From the NCBI GenBank assembly GCA_000934665.2, contig JYFJ02003824.1, forward strand, positions 1 to 37,463: a stretch of 37,463 nt of DNA, given 5' to 3'. The DNA comes from Catajapyx aquilonaris (Eukaryota). The translations under genes and the position numbers were made by a program. How positions within the stretch are numbered: the stretch's first letter is position 1; each line of letters begins with the position of its first letter. Of the stretch, positions 10,901 to 22,900 are shown in pieces. Under the pieces are notes generated by a model. It was not told the origin of the DNA, did no database searches, and was given only the letters and a program-made list of their open reading frames with translations.

Positions 10901-13900
10901 GGAAATCTCACTTCCTTACACTTTTTTTTTGCCCATATGGTAGGGGTCAACATCCCAAACTGTATATAAATTGCACGTCCCCAACTTGGGATGACCACAC
11001 GTACACTAAATCACGTCCGCTCGAGTAATGGAAGTGGATGTGAATTATGGCCCCATTTTCTTTTTCAAAAAAAAACTAGATTTGCAAAAAAAAAATGCGA
11101 AATCTGGGCTCTGTCATCCGCAACGAAAGCAGTTCTAGTTTTTTATTTCTTGACCCCCACAGAGTTGCGGGGTCGTACTTCCACATCCCCAGGGTCTTTA
11201 TTGTATGCACAAAAAAACACAAAAAAGGCCAGAAAGTGGGCGTATCTAGCTCTAGCTGGGAACTAAACTGCCCATCGATCGACCTAATTCTAGAAACACC
11301 CCCCCCCCTCTTTCCACTCCCTACGTAAGGTCTCCTGTTAAATTCATTCTTTACACGTCCTAACGTCGCAAATTACATCACTCGGACGCATCTCAAGGTG
11401 TCACCTCAGACCACAAATTGCCTTAATCCAATTATGCGGAAATTATGTTCAAGCACGATTTTAAAGCCCACCTTCAAAAATCGATCATCCGAAAACATCG
11501 TGCTTGAATATGCATCAATATGGGCAATGAGAGCAGATTGCGCATTTCCCTAATTACATCACTGATCGGTTCTGGCCAGTATTAAGCTACGGTTGGACAA
11601 ACGTGACGTCTAAAATTTCGATCCATCCAATATTTTATTAACCATATTGCTACCATACAGTACCCCCCAGAAGGCCCTACGATCTCCAATCCTTCCTTCC
11701 CTAAAAAGCTGGGTCACGGTCACCACCTGCGTCAACCTGTCACCCCCCCAATATGGCCGCCACAGTAATAACCCGCACCGTTCTGTCCACTGCTGCTCCT
11801 GAGGCTCTGCACGTCGATGGTCCGCACCAGCAAGTCCATGTACGACCCGACCTGACAGGTCACTTGGAGGTCGTAAGGTCGTTGCAACACCGGGCTTCCA
11901 CTCGGCATATGGGAGCGCACAAACCCACCACCACAACGCACCGCTCCACTACTGAGCTCTTCTTGCAGCGGAGAAACACTCCGCCTGTTCCAATCGATAT
12001 AATGTGATGGCCGCCTACATGGTGCGCCGTAACACACCTTTGCTGCTGGACTTTAACTATAAGAGTGTGTGCCCCACTTCCAGCACGGATGCTCTTCTGG
12101 TTGGAGTGGACCACGTACAACCGACGTGGTGTAGTGAAAGTGACTGGCGATTTCAACATGGCAACTGGATCAGTCCAAGGCGTTTTCGCACACGTTTTTA
12201 AGTCCTTAGGGGGCGGGTGTGTACGAGCCGATTTTCTTAAAGCTACTATTTCAAGGAGGTGTCAAGCACTGGAGCGCGAAGATATATGGATCTACAGGGA
12301 CACTCACAATAGCCTATAGGTTCTTCTTAAAATCAAATTCGTTGAATTACGAAACACCCTGCACATGACCTTAAAAAAAAAACACTGGTGGGAACTGTTT
12401 CCAAAGACAACGATGAAACGCAGGAAATAATGACGTCAAGGCTAAGCTAACATCAGTTCCAATATGAAAAGCAGTTTCCGTTTAGGTCATAGGTCATCTC
12501 CGCTCGACCCACCCAGAAAAGTATCCTCCATCTTCGGACGACTTCATTGGGACCGTTACAGCTTCCCATGACAAATGGTCACGAAAATATGGTCGTAATG
12601 CGCTCCGAGAACAATAAATAAATCTTCAGAGGTTGAATCTGGTCCTAACCCCAGTTTTTACGGCGCCTTGCAATCCCAAAGTTTTCCTACTACTCCTGAG
12701 AGTAGTTTTTGTGCTGAAGCGACAAAATCCATCGAGGTTTTCACGCCTTTCGCAAACTAATCACAAGCTTTCCGCAAGAGAAAGTTTCCGAAATTGCATC
12801 AATCCAAACACTTGCATTAATCGCATCAAGGTCGGGACTACGATCTGCTGTTCACACGTACACCTCATCTTTCCTGTCATGTCCAGAGAAACTAAGAGCA
12901 CCAGCCTAGGAATTCTATCCAGCTATTGGAGATCGATATGTACGACCTTGAAACAACCACACACAGAATAGGAAGGTCAAGTCTACTTTACACGCAACAG
13001 TGATTTGTCACCTTATTTATAGCCAAGCTGGCATGAATAATTCCACAAAGAGAGGTCCCCTCCAGATTACATTTAATTTTTAATCCACGCGAAATTGTTA
13101 ATCCGCGCGAAATTGCGCCAAAATTTCGTAAGCAGCCCAACAGAGGTCAGCTCTTTGCTCCAGCGGTGTTGCCAGGAGGGTGGCATACCCTGCAGGATAC
13201 TCCCCAGTTATATGGCTGGAGGGTAAGCCGCGTTATAATGATTGCATATTTCTTGTCGGTGGAGCATTCTGGTCCTCCTGGTTTCACGGTCATCTCCGTG
13301 CACATCGCTGCGGAAAGATCAGGATTTTCCGCTCGCGATCAGGTCTGATGAGAGAGACAGCCTGCACGCCCCAGGACAAATATTAGACGCCTATCCAACC
13401 GGAAGCCACGCACTTTTGGCACTCACGTGACTGCAGTGGTTCTGGATGCCAAATTTTAGGCATAGATTCATTAAGGCCAGGTCGCACAGGCCATGGAATA
13501 AAACTAGTAGAAGAAAAATGAATTGTTCAAAAAAATATTAAATTACCTTCGGTAGTACCGTTATACCCATAAATCTGTCCCAGATTTAAATGTTATTATT
13601 TTTCCTTTCCAGCCAGGCTCTGTGTAAGCATACGTTGGCGTGAGAATTTCGTCCATTTACGAGCCGTAAATGTCACACTCGAATAATTCCGGACTGGTTC
13701 GTCCTGTACACTCAGGAATGCCTAATTTTATTCCCACCCAAGTGCCGGAAGCCTATAAAAATGCTCTCGCAGCCAGTCTTCAATTATCCGGTGCCCCTAG
13801 ATAGCAATCTGCACGCTGTCAAAGAAAAGTTTCTCATTCCAGCCGTGGGCCATGTATATGCATATAAAAAATTAATAATGAAAAAAATAGAGCGCATGAC

Positions 13901-16900
13901 TTTGTGCATGATTTTCATGCTGGGTGTGTTTGAGCCATCCTATAAGTTGGGGAAGGTTTTTTTTTCTCCTTTACAATAGAGCCTGTATCATTAGGTGTGC
14001 GATCATCTCACGAGATCTCTTGGTCAGCGGAGCTTGATTTACCGCTCCCAACAAAAAAAAAGGTCAAGGAATCTCTTGCGTATTATTACTATCATTCTGT
14101 TGCGGTTCTCCAAGCTGTACTGCTACATAGGAAAGAAATAACAGGATCAAGCGACGCGCTATAGTAGGCGCGATTCAATCGAGTAATTGGACCTAATTAA
14201 TGGTTGGTGGGATCACTTAATTTCACCTTCGACGTCGTGTTCGGAACAATGCTCGAAACAAAGCAACAATATGCTCCGACGATGTAAGATCGATGAATAT
14301 CATCGCGTACAATGGAGATGTGAATAAAGCTGTCGTAATAAGTCAATATAAATTGTGGCAATTTCCTTATTGTAATGAAAGGTAAGTACTTCCATAACCG
14401 TTACTTGCTTTTGAATGCCTAAGTGCGTAATACAGTAATAATAATAATCTGACATACTCTGTGCTAGGTCTGTAACCTCTGAGTTTCGATATCACGGATT
14501 AATCCAGAACAATTGGTTGATTCTTGTCATTGATTGTTTCAATAATAAATTTAACTCGTCCTGAATTTACTAATCGTTTATCCGTTCCTTTCTAAGAGTA
14601 CCGTCTTTTAAATGACCAATGATGCTGGCGGATTTTGATTGTAGAAAAAAACGGGAGAACCCCGAGAAAACCATGAAACCAAAATGAAAATCTGTCCTGC
14701 CCCATGAGCCCCCGACATGGCGTGACAATGTCGTCCTACATATGCAACAAAGGAAGTTTTCAATATTCCCAGTGTCGAAACCGAAGTCAATAAAAACAGC
14801 CAGGCGCCTAAAACTTCCTGGACGCCCATTTTATACGAGACCCCTGAACGCAAATTCCAACCGGTTCAACTATTGCATATACACGATAAAAATGCCCCAT
14901 AAATGCACGAACGGCATCGACATCTAATAAGTACAGCCAACTCCAAAACAACGCACCTAATTACGGTCATTACCTCCGTTGTTATCATCCAATCGAAAAG
15001 AAGTCTGGACACAACCAGACAGCGTTTTTGATCCCAAAACCCGACAATTTCGCCGCATTCTTCCCATTACAAGGACGACAATGTTTCGGAACTCTTGTGT
15101 CGTATCAGCTGTTGCGTGTGTCTGTAGTACGAGGACAACACGTGTATAAAACCCCTTTGAGTATCACACGCACCGACTGACTGTCCTTCACCTGGCTGTT
15201 TCGCCTAGATCACACAGCATAACTCTTACCTCAAAGTTAATTATCAGCCTGCATATCCTATGAGATGTGTGCCCTTGAGAGTTAGGGGCACCCTCCTTTC
15301 CCCTCTTTCCATTGACTTTGCAGCCTTCTTACGTTACAACCGACCACACCTATCTCTGCCTCTCCGTCATTGTAAATATGAGAATAATTGCCACCGACAT
15401 GGGGGCACCCCCAGAACAATGGAGAAAGGGGGGCGGCCGCTTCTTGACTTGGGGAAGGACCAGCCATGAATAACGTGCATGACCTTTCACCCCTGCCAGC
15501 AGCGCCTTACCGCCTGATTGCCCTCTAATTGATTAGAATTTTAGTGCGTGTGTGCTCAGGAGGTGACCCGGCTTGACAGGGAACAAGTTGGCTCCATGAC
15601 TTACACCGTGACCTTTGACCCCGCACCCTTATCGCTGCCTGTTAATTAAACCAGAGCTGGGGTGACCGCAAACCTGGTGGGCGTTTGGTGCCTCGATATT
15701 TATGGGCAGAAGGGCCAGAGGATGCCTCCCACGTTTCTTTCCCACCCGAAAGTGCCGATTTCGGTTTCGCAAAAGTAAAACAAGAAATAAAACGAGAGGA
15801 ATGCCCACGCTCGGAAAACTCATGTCTATGCGGCTCATGCCTTATTCATGGGGGCTACACTTATACAGATCGCGTTTTCTGTGGCAGTGTAAAACCTGGG
15901 ATATATGCATGGCTTGTGGGTGAAATTGCTCGTCTCCTGAGGGATCAGTGCAGACCACCATCAAGGTTCGGACACCACCCACACATAAACTGTAATGTAC
16001 ACTTATCAATATGAACGTCATTCATCATATCAATCCCAACTATTAAGTTTCTCTGTTTAACGTCATAGTCACAGCACACCCTGGCACACCAATTAGGTAG
16101 CAATAATAGTCTTTTAAAAGGGTGAAAGGTGGTAATGTCACACAAAAATTCTCCCATCAAAACAGGTTGGCAATTATTTCCTCCCCACATTTTCGCTCGC
16201 ACTTTGAAAACTACTAACCCACATGGCTCACCTCACCTCACTTTTCAATCAAAATTGCTGGTTTTGAGCGACGGGAAATGAAAGGAGGAAAAACGGTCGT
16301 AAAAAAAATTTAAGATGCAGGAAAATGAAATTAACCGGCTTACGAAGTAAGGTCCAGCATCTTTTTAGTGGCAGGTACAAGTGCAGGGTTTTCCTCCAGG
16401 GGGGACAACACGATAAAGAAATATTTGCACCTGACCCACTTTTGGCCCAGATGAAGTTGGTGGGGGTTAGGTTGCTGGGGGAGGGTAGGTATACGTAGAG
16501 GTAACCCCGACCCAAGAGCCCCGTTCCTTTCTTCACCAGGAAGGCAAAGAACAAACCCGTTAACTGCGAAACCTGCTCGTGAATTCGCAGGGGATGAAAT
16601 GGATGGATGGGACATGGCTGCGTTACACTTTTCATTGGCAGGTGCCAGCATGTACGTATACACACACATAGTACAATGTTATAAATGAACTATTTTTTAG
16701 CTGATTGTCCTCGGCCGGCAGGTGTGGGTTGAGGTCCCCCAGTGATGCAAGGATTGCCCTTCAGGATGGAAGATGACCAAGGTTGCAGGAAGGATGTTGG
16801 GCGGGTAGTGGGCTAAGGGTGGATCTTCAACCTTCTCAATAGTTCCGCACAACTAGGCAAGATTGCCTGAAATTAAGTTCAAAGCATAATAATCAGCAGG

Positions 16901-19900
16901 GTGGATTTATTTTTGCGCACCAGATTACGTGTGCAAAACTGCAAGTAATTTTCCCCAACGTCATCTTTTGTTGCGCTTATCTATACCACTGTCAAAACAC
17001 TGCAGATATGGCTCCCACCGAACAAAAGAGTGAAATAATGTTCTAACCGCACCTTTTGTATTCATCCTGCGACACGTACTGTATCACCATTAACCACTAA
17101 TGCATGCACTCCCGCCAGGAATAAATATCATAAACGTTAATACTCCCAGCCCGTTCTCGATGACTCTATAAAACCGGGAAAACTCGCTATAAAACCATGG
17201 CCATAAGACCACGATCCGGCACGATTGAAACGTTAGCACCCATGCCCACACCACCGTGACGGAACATCTGCCTCCGTACAAGACATCGCCCATCCCATAT
17301 AAACAGCAAGGTCGTAAGGGCGCCGCATGGGATTTCCACACTACACAAATGGCATTGCCGACGTTGTTCCACACCCGCCCATCCTCCCATTGGCCCTCTT
17401 CATTTTAAACAAAATGCAATAATCGGCCATATTGCCTGACGTCACAAATGCAATATGGCCGCCAAACATTCTGCACTCACCGCAAGCCCTTCTGCTCTTC
17501 AAAGGCCTGAGGTGATGCTCCTGCCTGATGGACTCCAGGAGAAGCTCGATCGGGTTGGCCTTCCTCCGTGGTGGTGGTCCCAGCTGCCTCTCGGATACCT
17601 GGACAACCGGAAACATTTGGGTGGTTTCACTCTCGGAGCTTTTAAAAATACAAACTGAGTCACAACACAACCAACGCAAAACTACTGCTCGAAGGCCAGC
17701 ATGCTGGGGTCGCGGTACACAGCGACAGGACTTGCGGTCGGTTGGCCAAGCAATCTCAGCTGGACCGAAGACGCGGCAAAAGGAAAAGAGTTGAAGAAAA
17801 AAGGAAACGAATAGAAAGCCGGCCACTTCCGGAATCAGTCCAAACCGCTAGCCCATCTGGGAACAGTCTTTTTTTATTCACTCTTCGTTTTTAAACCTCA
17901 AGCCCACAAAACTTGTGTGCGTAAAATTAATGTGAGGTTAGACGCGTATTGTTAGTGTGTCAACAAATTGTTTAAAAAAGGTCATGAAACTATCAGTTTC
18001 TAAAGTAAGCTGAGCAGTGTGTCAGCAATGTTTTTTTCCTTCCAACCAAATTACATCTGAGTGAAGGTGTTCACGTAATTTGCTTCCTCGAGAGCACGCA
18101 ATTCTCAATCTCCTCATCGCTTCTGTATATACTAGTACCACATGTAACTTACTACGCCTTGTCTCAGTACAATGCACCAGCAATTAGACACGGAATCTTC
18201 CCATCTTTTTGCTTGTCGCCAGATTTTTTTTCTTATTCTCTTTAACTCTCTTTCTAACTTCCCAGCATGCGGATTGAGCCATGAATGCCGTGGCAAGTTA
18301 ACACTCAACAATAGGAATGTACCTAGCCACAAACCAGCCTTAATCGGTTCTTTCCCAGAGTATTAAGCCACGCCATTGATCAGGCCAGTTCATCCTACAA
18401 ATTAAAATCGAGCCTACTTAGCAAGGTGGGTGTTTTCCCACACAACAAAACTATCGCTATTTCCCCCTTACATCGTGTGCTGTCAAAGGTGTACTCGTTA
18501 ACGGCTTACGGTAATTACACTTTTTTTTCCCTCTAGAACCATTCACGGCTTGTAATAAATCTGGGAGATGGTTTGGGTGTGTTTTATTTTGCGCTCTCTG
18601 CAACCGGTTATCATTTCATCAGCTGACATCATCATTTCCCCTAGTGTGACTTTGGTGTGATAAAAACAACGCCAGATTCAGCAGTCCTTTAATTATAAAA
18701 ATAGGCACCCACCGGATGTCCTCGGTATCTCACGAACTCCGGTGCATAACAGCTGAGAATGTGCCAAGATTGATCAGTAAATTGCGAGAACCATGCCGGA
18801 CAGTTATCCCTTTAAAATTGCGGGGGTGTTAACCGCCAGTACAGTTATTGCCGCTGCTGTCGCCAACCCCCAGTCACTTGATCTATGTGACCGTCGCGAC
18901 CCCGACCTTCCGCAGTAAATCAAGACCTTTCGCACAATGCACACTTGTTTTCTTTAGCAGCACCTTCGGGGGCACAGAACCTTCCTCGGCAATGCAGATG
19001 ATCGATTGTTTGTGCCTTTTTTTTCCTTACGGGTCTTAATGAGGACTGCAGGCTTTCCACCATGTTTTTTCGGAGACCTCGTATTGTGGTGCAAGGTAGG
19101 AAAATTGTGCAGACCCCCTTGTCGTGACAGGTGGCTCCTATTAAAATTCGGGTGTATCCCGTCGGATTGCTCGTTTCACTCCTGGTGCCCGCTCCTGGTC
19201 TCGAAAGACACGCGACCCCTTCGCCCAAATGAGGGTTATAAGGGCGCAAACTGGTCGCGTGGTATACTTTCTCCCAACAGCAATTTTAAAACATTAAATA
19301 AATTCGACCTCAAAATTTTCTGACCTTTTTGAGTGGCGGTCTCGATCGGATGAACTCCAGTATAATGGCATGCGCGTCCTTCTTGACTCGCGGAGGAATG
19401 TCCCCATCCACCATCACCTTGTTGAGCTTGTACCTGCGAGACCGTATGTCGTCCATCAGGATCTCGTACGGAGTCAGCTCGTACTCTATCGGTGGACTTC
19501 TGGGGTGGTCCACCTTCTTCAGCTTCACTCCCAGCCGCAGTTGCCGTATCACCTGAACCCAAAGTCGAGCCTAAAAATTGGAAAAAAAATGAGGGTCAAA
19601 AAAATTGGGCCAGATTTTTTTTTTTCGTCCATTTTTATCGTGGGGTCCTTTTTGTTATGCATGTGCACTCACGCAGGGAAAAACAAAAGGCAGAAAACGG
19701 ATGCACGCGTGCTTAGGCCACAGGCATGCGGAACTTGACAGATAAAGTCCACTTGAACTTGGCAGCGATGATCGCTCTTAGACCAGTTTTGGAAGCCTAA
19801 TCGCATAGCCGGAGGGGATGTTCGAACCACACGTTTTAAAGGAGATTTTCCCATCCGATCCTGCCGATTCACGCGTCTTTGCATTCAAGTCTGCCTTGCT

Positions 19901-22900
19901 TGCAGTACACCGCTTGATCAGCCGACAACAGTTCCTCCTTTTCGGTATACCGGCAGGGCTCACACGGAAGAGGAACATCCTCACGTTCCTTGAACATTTC
20001 CAGAGAAGTCGGGACCTCCGACCATGACCTGAGCCAAGTGTTAATTAGTTCTCACGGCCGTGGTGTCGTTAGCGTCGCCTCCTTTGAAACGGGCCGACTA
20101 CGCGAAAATATTTCAAGCAGAAAGCATTTATTTGGATGTAGCACCCTCGCAAAAATTTTCGACTAAAAACCGGTCAAAATGTGGGTCAAAGTGTTTCGGT
20201 AATTAGATTGATTGGGCTCCGTCACTTCTGCCCATATAATCTTTCCAGGTTTTCCACTTTTTAAATTCCTGCTCAAGTGACAGTGAAAGCTGGTGATGCT
20301 GCTACTCGCGCGTATACATTTCCATTGGATAATTGTGAACCATTGCGAAATTCCTTCGAGAGATGCTTGTCCTCGATCCGAGTCCCCAGTGAGAGTGCTT
20401 GATAAGTGAAAGAAAGAAAACTCGACCCAGGGTCATCCATCATCTTGGCCCCCAGCTTCTTAAGTCCCCAGCCCTTAAGCCTCTAGCCGGAATGAAATTT
20501 CATAACCGCATTTCTTTACACTCCTAATCTTCTCCTGCACCAGCCTCCAGATAATTTTTCATCCCCTGCGAAGATGTAACAACTCTCGTGACAAATAACC
20601 CCGCGATCTAGAGTGAGTGTATAAAACTCGCCCATCACTTTTCCTCGCCCAGAATACTCGTCTTCATTCGCCCAACTGCGAATCCTAGATTTGGCGAGCA
20701 ATAAAGTAAGCTCACAAAGGAGTCGTAGAATCGCCATTGGGGAAGATATGGCCATCAAAAGGCGGGATTCTCCCTTGATTATGCGAAACTTTTTAACAAT
20801 CACATAGTTTGACTTTTAGCACTATATGTCAGGTTGGTTGATTGATTGGCCATTAGACAATATCAAAAATTTGAAATCATCGAAAATTGCTAATAAAAAT
20901 CGAAATGCAATGTTGGATATGTAGAATTATTGTTGCTATTTGCATATCGATAGATGTACTTTTTAAAAGCATCTATAGGAGAAGCGATAGATATAAAAAG
21001 TGGCACAAGGGACTGCCCATGTTATCAAACTAAAGCCCGTAATTGCATTATCATGTCGCATTACCACAACTCTGTTCCTCACTCACCCAGTCGTCGAACT
21101 GCAGGTTGTCGAGGTCAGGCGACGTGTCCCCTGTCCGCCTACGAAGCTCCTGGGTCCCCTGCGACACCTTTTCCAGAAAGTGTGACAGCTCCAGCGCTTC
21201 GGCCACCAGTGCTCGACACACCGCCTTGTAATGGCTGTCCGCTTGAGAAGGTAGAGCTAAATGCTTGGAGCAATGCTGTGGACATGAAAAATCGCGTTTT
21301 AAAAATAAGGTCGACCATCTTCTTATAACAATCGGATTGATCTGGCAATGGTGACAGTCCCTTTCTTTTCCCCTGCAGCATTTGAGGTCGTGGTGTCAGA
21401 AACGTTGTGACTTGCGTTTCAGAGACGCGGTCCCCCTTGTTTTTATTGTGCACCTGAAGGTGATTTTGCCAAAGGGCCGCGTTAACGGTACCTGCAGCAG
21501 AAAACCACCCTTTGGCTGATGATGGCAAAAGCTGGGTCAAGTGCACTTAGGCTCCTCGCCAGGCTCACTGCAATTTGCCAAGCTATCGCACAAAAATCTA
21601 TATCGTAATTTGCGAGGTGCCCTAGTGTTACACCACACTTTGGTCGAGTTCGCTCGCCTCGCGAACGGTACCTCATACGCTTGTATAGGTCAGAGACGCC
21701 TGCAAAAACGTGCAAAAAAATTGCAGTGCCGCTAAAATTCTGCTGATCCACGATACCGTCGCCAGGTCGCAAACCACCAGCCTTGAATCTAATTATCTGG
21801 CATTAAATAGCATCCAGTTTGCTGCGGTGACATTGCAACTACCGTCATGTTTGCAACTTGCCTCAAATTGGGCAGGCTTTGCACCCCTGTAATTTTACTG
21901 CCACATAGCAATGTACAGTCTCACCACTGGCCTTGAATATACATTCATAACTCACACACAATAAGGATGCTATTAACCTGCGGCACAGCGGGAAGAAATT
22001 ACCGCGTCATAATTACAAACTAGGTAGCTTTTCCCTATTTCTCTAATAGAAACAGCAGTCAATTACTCTGAGCAAAATATCTCCATCAACTGAAGCCTTG
22101 TATAGTTGAAAATTTGCCATGAATTTGATGAAATATTTATTTTTGTTTATTCATTTTCGTACCGGTACCCCTGATTTGATGTAATACTTTGTGCGAAAAC
22201 TTTCACTTAAGTTCAAATTTAGATCACTCAGTATAATTTAGGGACTGTCCTGCCATCAGCCATGTGTCGTGCCATGTAGGTCACCTCTGTCGACACATCC
22301 TATCCTCAACTTCATTTTCACAAGAAGCTACTCTAATGATGGATGCTTTCTCTGCTCAGCACGATACAATAACCCTGGCAGAAGAAAGGAAGCACACTTG
22401 ACTGCCTGGCTAGAACAAGGCCTCGTTTTCGACCCTTTTTGCTGCGCCAAAAAAAAATATAAAGTGATGGACACAACGCACTTCTAGGACTTTGGTGAAG
22501 GTGTAAGTCCTCTGCGATGATTCCTCATCGTCGCTGGAGTCCCGCTCGATGCCTTCGTCGTCGGTCTCGTGTCTCTCGCACGACTCATCTGCAAATAGGA
22601 AGTGAACACACGAGTCAAGCCTCATTATGCCCTGGCTTCCTTAATTGCCGGAATTACACGCTAAGCATAGGGAGGGAAAAATACCGCAAGACGGAAGTAA
22701 TTAATTGGTTTGAGATATACGGAAGCGATTTTTTTTTTAATTCGAACGGAGGATGTAGCGGTGGTTTTGCAGCATAAATGTATATCTAACGCAGAATAGG
22801 ATACACTCTTCCAGTGCGAATGTAACAAGTCAATACTGAACCAACCTATTGTGGCCTTATCTTAGGCACTATAAACTCACACTCAAACGCGAAAATATCA

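Noticed and set aside
16249..16669. Two overlapping minus ORFs with a phase-1 donor C|GTAAGC as an extra spire exon
   Set aside because: Neither peptide looks Spire-like, there is no convincing acceptor, and exons 7 and 8 already join in phase.
20945..20952. Single perfect DRE TATCGATA
   Set aside because: One 8-mer in 37 kb is expected by chance and there is no promoter context.
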